Under the pieces are notes generated by a model, which saw only the letters and a program-made list of their open reading frames with translations, had not been told where the DNA came from and did not search any database. From Candidatus Falkowbacteria bacterium (GTDB taxonomy: Bacteria > Patescibacteriota > Patescibacteriia > Patescibacteriales > GWE2-39-37), in contig JBAXJQ010000003.1 of the NCBI GenBank assembly GCA_037137775.1, positions 920 to 64,919 of the forward strand: a stretch of DNA of 64,000 nt, written 5' to 3'. How positions within the stretch are numbered: position 1 is the first letter of the stretch; each line of letters starts with the position of its first letter. Shown here piece by piece: positions 27,849 to 36,976 of the stretch. Both the position numbers and the translations under genes were made by a program.

Positions 27849-28505
27849 ATGAAAAAATTTTTGGATTTAGACAATATTGAAGCTGTAATTTTTGATATGG
27901 ACGGCACAATGATTGACAATATGACTACTCACAAAGCTGCATGGAAAGAATTTTGTTTGCGAAAAGAGATTAGATTAACCGATGAAGATTTTAAAAAGAA
28001 AATTTCAGGATTACGCAATGATCAAATATTTGTTAATCTTTTTGGTCAAAACTTAACAAAAGAACAAATAAAGAGTTATGCTCAAGAAAAGGAATCGGTT
28101 TATCGTGAACTTTATCGGCCAATAATTCACGAAGTAGCTGGTTTATCGGAGTTGCTTAAAAGAATCCATCAAAAAAATATTCGTCTAGCGGTGGCAACCA
28201 CAGCCCCGGTGGATAATCGTAATTTTGCCTTCGAAGCATTGGGCAACCGTAATGTGTTCGAGGTGGTATTGGGTGAGGAGAGTGTGACCAAGGGTAAGCC
28301 CGATCCAGAAATTTATTTAAAAACAGCCGATTTATTACAAGTTAGACCTAATGGTTGTTTGGTTTTTGAAGATACTCCAGTTGGGGTTAAATCTGCATTA
28401 AATGCAGGCATGAGAGTTGTTGGAATTGCTACCTCGCATTCGTTTGATGAATTGTCAGCCGCAGAATTAGTAGTAACAAATTTTTTAGATATTGAGCTTA
28501 GATAA
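27849..28505 (+). CDS. HAD-superfamily hydrolase (beta-phosphoglucomutase/phosphatase subfamily IA)
   Basis: DMDGTMIDN motif I, a conserved motif II Thr, and KGKPDP...FEDTPVG for motifs III and IV. Confidence 0.85.
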   Translation: MKKFLDLDNIEAVIFDMDGTMIDNMTTHKAAWKEFCLRKEIRLTDEDFKKKISGLRNDQIFVNLFGQNLTKEQIKSYAQEKESVYRELYRPIIHEVAGLSELLKRIHQKNIRLAVATTAPVDNRNFAFEALGNRNVFEVVLGEESVTKGKPDPEIYLKTADLLQVRPNGCLVFEDTPVGVKSALNAGMRVVGIATSHSFDELSAAELVVTNFLDIELR

Positions 28506-28510
28506 AAATT

Positions 28511-29452
28511 ATGACAGATATTTCTCAAGAATTTATTACTAACGAGCCATTATCTAGTCACTCTACTTTTCATATTGGTGGGGCAGCCAAGTATTTCATA
28601 GTTGTCAAAACCAATGTAGCGCTAATCGAGGCAATTAAGTGGGCAAAAGCAAACCAAACGAAATTTTTAATTTTAGGTGGTGGTAGTAATATTTTATTTA
28701 GCGATGCTGGATTTGATGGTTTAGTGATAAAAAATCAGGCCAACCATCTTGAAGTTCGTGATGATACCATATTTTGTGAAGGTGGGGTTAATCTTGGACA
28801 GATTCTGGCAAGTTCGATTAATCGAGGCCTAACTGGCCTTGAATGGATGGTGCGGTTACCAGGAACTGTGGGCGGGGCAGTGCGTGGTAATGCAGGGCAC
28901 TTGGCAGTGTCCGTACGAGATGTGTTAACCGAGGTGACCGTATACAATTACGAAACAGATGAAAAATTTATATTAACGAACAATGAGTGTGGTTTTGGCT
29001 ATCGAACCAGTCGCTTTAAGGATGAACCACTCGTTGTGTTGTCAGCGACGTTTGCGGTTCAATTAGCAGATTCGGATAATGTTCGAGCTAAAATCATTGA
29101 AGACTTGAGTGTTTTGGTTAAACAGCAGCCTCCTGACCCCAGTGCTGGCTGCACCTTTAAAAATATTCAAATGGCCGATTATCCTGAATTTGATCACACT
29201 GTTTTGACAGAAGCTGAAACAGTTGGAGCATATCGAAACGGCAAACTAAGCACTGCCTGGCTGATTGACCGCGAAGGCTTTAAGGGAAAAAAAATTGGTG
29301 GGGCGAGGGTGAGTGAAATGCATGCCAGCTATATCATTAATACAGAAAAAAAGGCCACGGCCAGTGATGTTTTAATGCTGATTAGCCTCATAAAGCAAAG
29401 AATTCGCACGCAATACGGCGTGCAATTACTTGAAGAGATAATTATACTGTAA
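28511..29452 (+). CDS. murB: UDP-N-acetylenolpyruvoylglucosamine reductase
   Basis: FAD-binding GGGSNILF motif and C-terminal MurB domain. 313 aa. Confidence 0.92.
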   Translation: MTDISQEFITNEPLSSHSTFHIGGAAKYFIVVKTNVALIEAIKWAKANQTKFLILGGGSNILFSDAGFDGLVIKNQANHLEVRDDTIFCEGGVNLGQILASSINRGLTGLEWMVRLPGTVGGAVRGNAGHLAVSVRDVLTEVTVYNYETDEKFILTNNECGFGYRTSRFKDEPLVVLSATFAVQLADSDNVRAKIIEDLSVLVKQQPPDPSAGCTFKNIQMADYPEFDHTVLTEAETVGAYRNGKLSTAWLIDREGFKGKKIGGARVSEMHASYIINTEKKATASDVLMLISLIKQRIRTQYGVQLLEEIIIL

Positions 29453-29535
29453 TACGGGTGATTTTGAATATGTATATATAATTTAATTAAATATTAGCTA
29501 TTTTTTAGCTAATAGCTTGTATTACAAAACTGTTA

Positions 29536-29564
29536 TTGACTTATTTAAATCTTTATGCTATATT
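29536..29564 (+). promoter_or_regulatory. sigma70-type promoter upstream of the sigma-region-4 protein gene
   Basis: TTGACT (29536-29541), 17-nt spacer, TATATT (29559-29564). It would give a 5'UTR of about 100 nt. Confidence 0.5.
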
Positions 29565-29673
29565 ATAAAAGCTAAAATACAAATCAGTAAATTAGTCAAA
29601 TCAAGAACGTAGGTTCGACTAATTATTTTTATACATTAACGATAATTGCGCTTGTCCAGTTAATTATCGCCAT

Positions 29674-30906
29674 ATGGCATTAGAACAATCATCCAATCAA
29701 GACGGAAAATCAATTCTCGATCAGATTATCGACAACAACCAGACTGAGCAAGTCGCTCGATTGGATGCGGTTGAAATTACCGAGGCTTTATTCGCCTATC
29801 TGAATGAGCGCGAACAAGATGTCTTGCGTCGTCGTTTTGGCCTACAGGGCACAGAAAAAGAAACACTGGAAAACATTGGTAGCGCTCATAAATTAACTCG
29901 AGAGCGAATTAGACAAATTGAAACGACTGGAGTAAAAAAACTACGTCAACTTCAAGACATTGAAACCCATATTAGTCGTTTACGGCGGGTAATCAATCAA
30001 TTAATGGAAGAGCATGGTGGCATAATGGAAAAACAATATCTTTTGGATAATTTGGTAAATTTTTCAGCCGGTGGTTTTTCTGCCAAAAATGAAGAGATTC
30101 TTAAGCACAAGAATCACTTGGAATTTTTAATTTCCCGACTTTTACACGATCATTTTGAAGAAGTAAATAATTCCAAGCATTTTAGAGAAGCATTTAAATT
30201 AAAGTTTCAAATATTAGATCATCTTGAAGAACTTGCTACCGAATTGGTTGCTAAAATCAAGGAGGCCAAGCAGTTGTTTAAGACCGAAGAAATAATCGAA
30301 GAAATTAAACAGCTCGCTAGCTATAAGGCCAATCAGTCAAAGTTTGACCTGCATTACAATTTAGATATAAGCAATATCTTAAAAAGTGATCATTTTTTAG
30401 AAAAAAGCGACCTGGTTAATCAGAACAAAGCTATTTACGCGGTTTTACGTGCCTCAAAACATGTCCAACAAAATAAATTTGGTAACTGGGGATTGGCGGA
30501 TTGGCGAGAGGTTAAGCCTAAAACTATTAATGACAAGATTTATTTGATATTAAAAAACGAGGGCAAGCCTTTGCATTTTGTTGATATTGCAGACCAAATA
30601 AACAAAATAAGCTTTGATGGCAAACCAGCCAATGCCGCGACGGTTCACAATGAATTAATTTTAGACGATAAGTATGTCTTGGTTGGTCGGGGTTTGTATT
30701 CTTTAAAAGAGTGGGGCTACAAACGGGGTACCGTAGCAGATGTGATTAAAGAAATTTTGTCTCAATCTGGCCAGGGCTTGACCCGCGATCAAATCATTGA
30801 TCGAGTTTTAGCGCAACGTGTTGTTAAAAAGGCCACAATTATACTTGCATTAATGGATAAAAATATATTTAGACGCGAAGGTGAAAAATATTTTGTAAAT
30901 AGCTAA
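29674..30906 (+). CDS. sigma-70 region 4 domain protein with C-terminal HARE-HTH-like winged helix domain(s)
   Basis: EREQDVLRRRFGL...ETLENIGSAHKLTRERIRQIETTGVKKLR matches sigma region 4. KPLHFVDIADQI...DDKYVLVGRGLYSLKEWGY resembles the N-terminal (HARE-HTH) domain of RNA polymerase delta. No sigma region 2 is visible. Confidence 0.7.
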   Translation: MALEQSSNQDGKSILDQIIDNNQTEQVARLDAVEITEALFAYLNEREQDVLRRRFGLQGTEKETLENIGSAHKLTRERIRQIETTGVKKLRQLQDIETHISRLRRVINQLMEEHGGIMEKQYLLDNLVNFSAGGFSAKNEEILKHKNHLEFLISRLLHDHFEEVNNSKHFREAFKLKFQILDHLEELATELVAKIKEAKQLFKTEEIIEEIKQLASYKANQSKFDLHYNLDISNILKSDHFLEKSDLVNQNKAIYAVLRASKHVQQNKFGNWGLADWREVKPKTINDKIYLILKNEGKPLHFVDIADQINKISFDGKPANAATVHNELILDDKYVLVGRGLYSLKEWGYKRGTVADVIKEILSQSGQGLTRDQIIDRVLAQRVVKKATIILALMDKNIFRREGEKYFVNS

Positions 30907-30930
30907 ATGATTTTATAGCGTTATCTCTAT

Positions 30931-30956
30931 AAAAGCGACCCAGTTGGGTCGCTTTT
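30931..30956 (+). terminator. Rho-independent terminator
   Basis: aaaagcgaccc / agtt loop / gggtcgctttt. Confidence 0.65.
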
Positions 30957-30982
30957 GCATTTCGGGATTAAAATGGTATAAT
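30955..30982 (+). promoter_or_regulatory. promoter of the membrane protein/ATPase pair
   Basis: TTGCAT, 16-nt spacer, extended -10 TGgTATAAT (TATAAT at 30977-30982). Confidence 0.5.
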
Positions 30983-31005
30983 AATAACGCTTTTAAACTG
31001 ATATT

Positions 31006-32556
31006 ATGCAAGGTGATTTTGTAATAGATTTAACGAGAATTTACGCTTTTTTTGATTTGCCAGCTGATGAAATATTTTGGCGAACATTTATTTATATTGG
31101 CTGGATTCCCATAGCCATCACTTTATTGTGGGGTTTTTTTGAAATTTGGGTGTTGTATTTAAATAACAAGTGGTTTGCTCAGCAAAAATTTATATTTTTA
31201 GCTATAGATATTCCCCAAACTAACATGCAATCACCTAAGGCCGTAGAGAATTTTTTCACCTATTTAGCCGGTGCTCATAGTAGTTTAAATTTAATTGATA
31301 TGTACTGGGATGGTAAATTTCAATTGTCTTTTAGTTTGGAAATAGTTAGCATGGAAGGATATACGCAATTCGTTATCCGAACACCAGAACAATTCCGTCA
31401 ATTGGTCGAATCCGGCATATACTCACAATATCCAGATGCTGAGATTACAGAAATTAATGACTATACAATCGGTTTTCCTCGTAAATTTCCGGATGAAGAA
31501 TATGATGTGTGGGGTGGTGAGTTTATTATGGCTAAAAACTCAGCTTATCCCATAAAAACATATAAAGATTTTGAGCATATTTTTGGCGAACCAGAAACCA
31601 CTTTTCGTGACCCAATGGCCAGCTTAATGGATTTGTGTGGCAGTCTTGGTACGGGTGAATATTTATGGTATCAAATAATTCTAATTCCAATTGATTTTAG
31701 TTGGGTTGAAATCGGGGCAAAAGAAATAAGCAAGATTTTAAAAGAAAAATCTAAAGTCAAGGTAACGCTGGCAAATAAAATTATTGATGGCATGGTCGGT
31801 CTTGTTGATGCTGCAGTGGGTACCTTTTTGACGTTTGGCGCTGAAGCGGCTAAAACTGATGATTCGTTAAAAATGATGAATTTAAAACCACAGGAGAAAA
31901 AACAGATTGAAATGATTCAGGAGAAAATTAGCAAGCTTGGGTTTAAATTTAAAATACGTATGGTCTATATGGCTAGAAAAGAGGTAAAAAATAATCCTAA
32001 AGTAGTAAACGGCTTTGTCGGCTTCATGAAACAGTTTGCGTATAATGATTTAAATAACCTTAAGCCAGACTCTTCCTTGACAGCCACCACCACTTCATAC
32101 ATGTTTAAAGATAGTCGTTTAATTGATCGTAAAAATCGAATCGTAAACAATTACATGAATCGAAGTGGAAATGGGCGAACCCCTGGGTATATGAATATTG
32201 AGGAGTTGTCAACGATTTGGCATTTTCCGATTGATAGCGTGGTTAAAGCACCATTAGTACAAAAGGCAAGCGGACGCAAGGCCGAGGCACCAATCACGTT
32301 ACCGCTTGGCATGATGCCAGACGCGGCCAATGAATCCGATGTCATATTTCAAGTCGTCGATCGCGAGTTAAAAACAACCACACCGCAAACAACCTCGGCC
32401 TCAGAATTGGATGAAGATATCTTTGACATTACACCCAGGGATGATGTATCGGAAGAGTTGTTCTTACCTAGCCATGCGCCACAGGCACCTACACAATCAG
32501 TGCAAAATAAATCAACCGCGCAAGACGTGCCTCCACCTAATTTACCATTTGTTTAA
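31006..32556 (+). CDS. hypothetical membrane protein (N-terminal TM hairpin, large soluble domain, disordered acidic/Pro-rich tail)
   Basis: TM segments FIYIGWIPIAITLLWGFFEIWVL. No family recognised. 9-nt gap to the downstream ATPase gene. Confidence 0.5.
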   Translation: MQGDFVIDLTRIYAFFDLPADEIFWRTFIYIGWIPIAITLLWGFFEIWVLYLNNKWFAQQKFIFLAIDIPQTNMQSPKAVENFFTYLAGAHSSLNLIDMYWDGKFQLSFSLEIVSMEGYTQFVIRTPEQFRQLVESGIYSQYPDAEITEINDYTIGFPRKFPDEEYDVWGGEFIMAKNSAYPIKTYKDFEHIFGEPETTFRDPMASLMDLCGSLGTGEYLWYQIILIPIDFSWVEIGAKEISKILKEKSKVKVTLANKIIDGMVGLVDAAVGTFLTFGAEAAKTDDSLKMMNLKPQEKKQIEMIQEKISKLGFKFKIRMVYMARKEVKNNPKVVNGFVGFMKQFAYNDLNNLKPDSSLTATTTSYMFKDSRLIDRKNRIVNNYMNRSGNGRTPGYMNIEELSTIWHFPIDSVVKAPLVQKASGRKAEAPITLPLGMMPDAANESDVIFQVVDRELKTTTPQTTSASELDEDIFDITPRDDVSEELFLPSHAPQAPTQSVQNKSTAQDVPPPNLPFV

Positions 32557-32565
32557 CAATATTGT

Positions 32566-34266
32566 ATGGAAAATAACGAAATTGTAGTATTTGCCGAGAC
32601 TACCTATCGCAACATGCGGCGTAAGTTTGGTATTAAAACTGATGATCGGCGCCGACACATGTATTTTATTGGCAAAACCGGTATGGGTAAATCCACAATT
32701 TTAGAAAATATGATTGTGGAAGATATTCGCGCTGGTCGCGGCGTAGCTGTAGTTGATCCTCATGGCGACTTGGCTGAAAAAATAATTCAGTATATTCCTG
32801 CCGATCGGCTTAACGATGTAATTTATTTTAATCCAGCAGATATTGAATATCCGATTGCTCTTAATGTAATTGAACAGGTTGAGCCCCATTTACGGCATCT
32901 TGTTGCTTCTGGTTTAATTGGCGTATTTCAAAAGCTGTGGGCTGATTCTTGGGGTCCTCGATTAGAATATATTTTGCGTAATACTATCTTGGCGATTTTG
33001 GATTACCCGGGCTCAACTTTGCTTGGCGTGATTCGAATGCTGAGTGATAAAAAATTCCGCAAAAAGGTAATTGAAAAAATCAGTGATCCAGTGGTAAAAT
33101 CGTTTTGGGTGAATGAATTTGCCAGTTATGCGGATAAGTTTGCTTCCGAAGCAGTTTCTCCGATTCAAAACAAGGTGGGTCAATTTTTATCAAGTTCTTT
33201 AATGCGCAATATCGTGGGACAAGTGAAATCTTCAATCAGTTTGCGAGAAGTAATGGATGGAAAAAAGATTCTCATCATGAATTTAAGCAAGGGTCGAATC
33301 GGTGAGGATAACTCTTCATTGATTGGCGCTATGATGATTACTAAAATTCAATTGGCGGCCATGAGTCGAGTTGATATCCCTGAGCGGGATCGTCAGGATT
33401 TTTATTTGTATATTGATGAGTTTCAAAATTTTACTACCGATAGTTTTACTAATATTTTATCAGAGGCGAGAAAATATCATTTAAATTTAATTTTGGCGCA
33501 TCAATATATTGAGCAGTTGGGTGAAAAAGTGGAGCCGGCAGTATTTGGCAATGTGGGTACGTTTATTATTTTTCGCATCGGTGCTGCTGATGCGGAAAAA
33601 CTAGGCCCAGAACTCACGCCGACATTTACTGAAGAGGATATGTTAAATTTACCCAAATATCATTTTTATATTAAATTAATGATTGATGGTGTTACCTCTG
33701 CTCCATTTTCTGCTCAAGGCTTACCTCCTTTAACTGAAACAGAAAAAACGGGTAACTTTGATAAAGTTATACGAATTTCACGCGAACGTTACGCAAAGAG
33801 TCGAGATATTGTTGAGGAAAAAATTAGACGTTGGCACGAATCAGATGATGACGACGAGCCAAAACCAGTTATTACAACCATTGCCACTGAAACCACAACC
33901 CAACCGCCATCGTCTGAGTTAGTGGCAGCTCCCATAAGCACTGAACAACCAAATCGTCCTCGAATAGTTATTTCTAGTGCCAAGTCTGAATCTAATCGCC
34001 CAGCGCAAAGTACTATTACAACTGAGGTAAAAGAAAAAAAATCGTTCGATACTAATTGTAACCGATGCGGCAAAGCAACTAAGGTATTTTTTGAGCCGGA
34101 CGGAGTCAGACCCATTTTTTGCAAAGAGTGCTTACAACAATTACGAGATGAAAAAAATCGTGAAGTCGATACACGTCGCATGCAAAAACAAGCCGAACTA
34201 GCCAAGCTTTCTTCTAATCAGATAAAAACCGACGAAACAACAACCGCCTCTTCACCTTTAAATTAA
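32566..34266 (+). CDS. VirD4/TraD/TrwB-like (type IV coupling protein-like) P-loop ATPase with a C-terminal CxxC-N17-CxxC zinc ribbon
   Basis: Walker A GKTGMGKST, VDPHGDL, Walker B YIDEFQNF and an ARKYHLNLILAHQY block. Tail CNRCGKATKVFFEPDGVRPIFCKEC follows a low-complexity linker. Confidence 0.75.
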   Translation: MENNEIVVFAETTYRNMRRKFGIKTDDRRRHMYFIGKTGMGKSTILENMIVEDIRAGRGVAVVDPHGDLAEKIIQYIPADRLNDVIYFNPADIEYPIALNVIEQVEPHLRHLVASGLIGVFQKLWADSWGPRLEYILRNTILAILDYPGSTLLGVIRMLSDKKFRKKVIEKISDPVVKSFWVNEFASYADKFASEAVSPIQNKVGQFLSSSLMRNIVGQVKSSISLREVMDGKKILIMNLSKGRIGEDNSSLIGAMMITKIQLAAMSRVDIPERDRQDFYLYIDEFQNFTTDSFTNILSEARKYHLNLILAHQYIEQLGEKVEPAVFGNVGTFIIFRIGAADAEKLGPELTPTFTEEDMLNLPKYHFYIKLMIDGVTSAPFSAQGLPPLTETEKTGNFDKVIRISRERYAKSRDIVEEKIRRWHESDDDDEPKPVITTIATETTTQPPSSELVAAPISTEQPNRPRIVISSAKSESNRPAQSTITTEVKEKKSFDTNCNRCGKATKVFFEPDGVRPIFCKECLQQLRDEKNREVDTRRMQKQAELAKLSSNQIKTDETTTASSPLN

Positions 34267-34276
34267 TTAAAAAGAC

Positions 34277-34957
34277 ATGATAGAACTTCATAGTTATTTT
34301 AATCGTTCCTGGACAAGCGTAGACAATATGTTTCAAGGTGATCACTGGTACTATAACATAAGAATTAATGATTATCAGTTAATAACCATAGCCTGGAATT
34401 TAGGATTAATTCTAGTGCCGTGGTTTTTTGGCTGGGTCATTATTATGTTATATCGTCGAACCGGTTTAGCGACTTGGTGGGCAAAAATTTTTGGCTTGGT
34501 TTTATTTTTATTTTGGCTATTATTCATTCCCAATGCTATTTATGTAGTAAGTGATGTACGGCATTTGGCCAATTATTGCGAAGTGGCTAACAAATTTAGT
34601 GTTTGTGAACAAAATGTTTGGATGATTTTGTTTTTTTATGTGTACGCCACGATTGGATGGGTAAGTTTTGTTTATATTGTTAATCAATTGAAAAATTTTA
34701 TCGCCGATGTGTATGGACAATTACTGGCTGAAGTCTGGTGTGTCTTATTAATGCCGTTTGTATCGCTTGGTTTTCTTTTGGGTTTGGTACAGCGCTGGAA
34801 TAGTTGGGAAGCGTTTATGTACCCGTTAAATTTAAAGGCCGATATTGTATCTTATACGAACGATGTGCATCGCTTTACAAATTGGCTAATATTTACTATA
34901 TTTCTCTATATTTTATATTGGTCAGGAAATGTAATCTTTCGGCCGCGTAATTCATAA
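34277..34957 (+). CDS. polytopic membrane protein, DUF1361-like (tentative)
   Basis: Five to six TM helices. The IPNAIYVVSDVRHL motif is reminiscent of DUF1361. Confidence 0.4.
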   Translation: MIELHSYFNRSWTSVDNMFQGDHWYYNIRINDYQLITIAWNLGLILVPWFFGWVIIMLYRRTGLATWWAKIFGLVLFLFWLLFIPNAIYVVSDVRHLANYCEVANKFSVCEQNVWMILFFYVYATIGWVSFVYIVNQLKNFIADVYGQLLAEVWCVLLMPFVSLGFLLGLVQRWNSWEAFMYPLNLKADIVSYTNDVHRFTNWLIFTIFLYILYWSGNVIFRPRNS

Positions 34958-34963
34958 TTATAC

Positions 34964-36502
34964 ATGATAGATTTTCTTAAAGTTGGCAAAGCAAGCGACT
35001 TAACTGGCCGGGATCGAGTTATTTATCGGTTACTTGAAATGTTGCCGGCATTTTTGTCATGGACCACACTAATCGGTCTTGTTATTCTTTCGGCGTTACA
35101 ACCAATTTGGGTGGCCTATTTTATATTAGCCTTTGATGTCTATTGGTTATTATTAGTGCTGTATTTAAGTATCCACCTTATCGCTGCCTATCGGCATTTT
35201 AAGAAAAATTTAACCATTGATTGGCGAGGCAGGCTTATTGCCTTGCCAAACCCTATTGATCGACCTGGTCGTGACTCGATTTGGCATTTTGTTTTTTTAC
35301 CTACCTATAATGAAGGTCTTGATGTCATGCGCCCAACTTTTCAGGCCTTGTTAGACGCAGGGTATCCAACTGACCGAATGATTTTAGTTTTAGCCATCGA
35401 AGGTCGGGCTGGTATAGAAGCACAAGAACGGGCAAATAAAATAAAACAAGAATTTGGCTATAAATTTTACCGTTTTATTATCACGGTGCATCCAAATTTA
35501 GAAGGTGAGTTAAAGGGTAAGGGTGCAAACCAAGCCTGGGCAGCAGTTGAGGTAAAACGAGATGTAATTGATAAAGAGGGGTTTGATTACAAGTCAATTC
35601 TAGTAACAATACTAGATATCGACACAATTTTGCCGCCCGGTTATTTTGACTTACTAACGTATAAATTTTTAACGGTTGAAAATCCTTATCACGCCAGTTA
35701 TCAACCAATTCCATTGTATTTTAATAATATTTGGCAGGCACCATTTTTTTCCCGTGTCGCTGCTTCGTCTAACACTTTTTGGCAGATGATGCAACAAATC
35801 AGACAAGAGAAGTTGGCCACCTATTCTTCGCATTCAATGACCTGGCAAGCATTATCAGATATTGGTTTTTGGTCTACAAAAATGGTTAGCGAGGATTCAC
35901 GAATATTTTGGCATTGTTATTGTTATTACAATGGCGATTATCGAGTCGAACCATTGCATTTTCCAGTTTCAATGGATGCCACGATGGACTCTAATTTTAT
36001 TAAGACTGCCCAGAGTTTATATAAACAGCAACGTCGCTGGGGTTGGGGAGTGGAAAATGTGCCCTACTTAATATTTAATTTTATCAAACGCTATAAAACC
36101 TTGCCCAAACGTCGCACTATGTCTTTAATTTTTGTTCAGATTTATGGGTTTCACTCTTGGGCAACGAACGCGCTTATCATTGCCGTGGTCGGTTGGATGC
36201 CAATGCTTCTTGGTGGCGACCGTTTTAACTCCTCGGTGCTATCTGGCAATTTACCATATGTAGCTAGAACGCTTATGACTATTGCCATGCTTGGGCTAGT
36301 CGTATCCGCGGTGATTTCAACCTTGTTATTGCCACCACCACCAAAAAATTATGGGTGGCACAAACGTCTAGCCATGGTTTTGCAATGGCTTATATTGCCT
36401 GTTAGTATAATAATTTTTGGCTCTATACCTGGTTTAGCCGCTCAAACCAGATTATTTTTTGGTCGGTACCTTGGATTTTTTGTTACTCCTAAGGCGAGAT
36501 AA
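34964..36502 (+). CDS. membrane-embedded processive family-2 glycosyltransferase (cellulose/chitin/hyaluronan synthase-like)
   Basis: PTYNE, KGKGANQAWA, ILDIDT, SEDSR and QQRRWGWG (QxxRW) motifs, flanked by N- and C-terminal TM helices. Confidence 0.8.
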   Translation: MIDFLKVGKASDLTGRDRVIYRLLEMLPAFLSWTTLIGLVILSALQPIWVAYFILAFDVYWLLLVLYLSIHLIAAYRHFKKNLTIDWRGRLIALPNPIDRPGRDSIWHFVFLPTYNEGLDVMRPTFQALLDAGYPTDRMILVLAIEGRAGIEAQERANKIKQEFGYKFYRFIITVHPNLEGELKGKGANQAWAAVEVKRDVIDKEGFDYKSILVTILDIDTILPPGYFDLLTYKFLTVENPYHASYQPIPLYFNNIWQAPFFSRVAASSNTFWQMMQQIRQEKLATYSSHSMTWQALSDIGFWSTKMVSEDSRIFWHCYCYYNGDYRVEPLHFPVSMDATMDSNFIKTAQSLYKQQRRWGWGVENVPYLIFNFIKRYKTLPKRRTMSLIFVQIYGFHSWATNALIIAVVGWMPMLLGGDRFNSSVLSGNLPYVARTLMTIAMLGLVVSAVISTLLLPPPPKNYGWHKRLAMVLQWLILPVSIIIFGSIPGLAAQTRLFFGRYLGFFVTPKAR

Positions 36503-36541
36503 CATAGCCTCGCCAAAGAAATTCTGCTATACTAGTGAATA

Positions 36542-36973
36542 ATGAAACAATCACGTCATTCAGGCCTAATCAGCCGTTTTTTACATAACCAAAAAGTTAT
36601 TTTGGTGGGTCTATTATTCATTTTAGGCTGTCTTTTAGTCCCAGTAATACAAAATTATTCTACCAGACAAAAAGTTAATCATGAAATTGTGTCTCTTGAA
36701 AACGAGATTAAAGCCAATGAAAAACGCAAGACTGATTTAGAAAAGTTTATCACGTATTTACATACCAATGAGTTTGTTGAAGAGCAGGCACGGTTAAATT
36801 TGGCTTTGAAAAAGCCCGGAGAAACCGTGTTAGTTGTTAATAATCATAATGTTTCTAGTTCGATTAGCCAGTCACAAAATTTATTAAAACTTATCGATCA
36901 GCCTGATTTAAAAACCGAAACAATAGTCATACTTTCAAATCCGCAACGTTGGTTTAACTATTTTTTTCATTAA
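36542..36973 (+). CDS. FtsB/DivIC-like septum formation initiator (bitopic coiled-coil protein)
   Basis: One TM helix, then a coiled coil (IVSLENEIKANEKRKTDLEKFI) and a ...EEQARLNLALKKPGE motif typical of the family. Confidence 0.55.
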   Translation: MKQSRHSGLISRFLHNQKVILVGLLFILGCLLVPVIQNYSTRQKVNHEIVSLENEIKANEKRKTDLEKFITYLHTNEFVEEQARLNLALKKPGETVLVVNNHNVSSSISQSQNLLKLIDQPDLKTETIVILSNPQRWFNYFFH

Positions 36974-36976
36974 AAT

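Noticed and set aside
33789-34205. 138-aa ORF antisense to the ATPase gene tail
   Set aside because: It is a shadow of the low-complexity Thr/Pro/Ser-rich coding region on the plus strand and has a Ser/Cys/Arg-rich nonsense composition.
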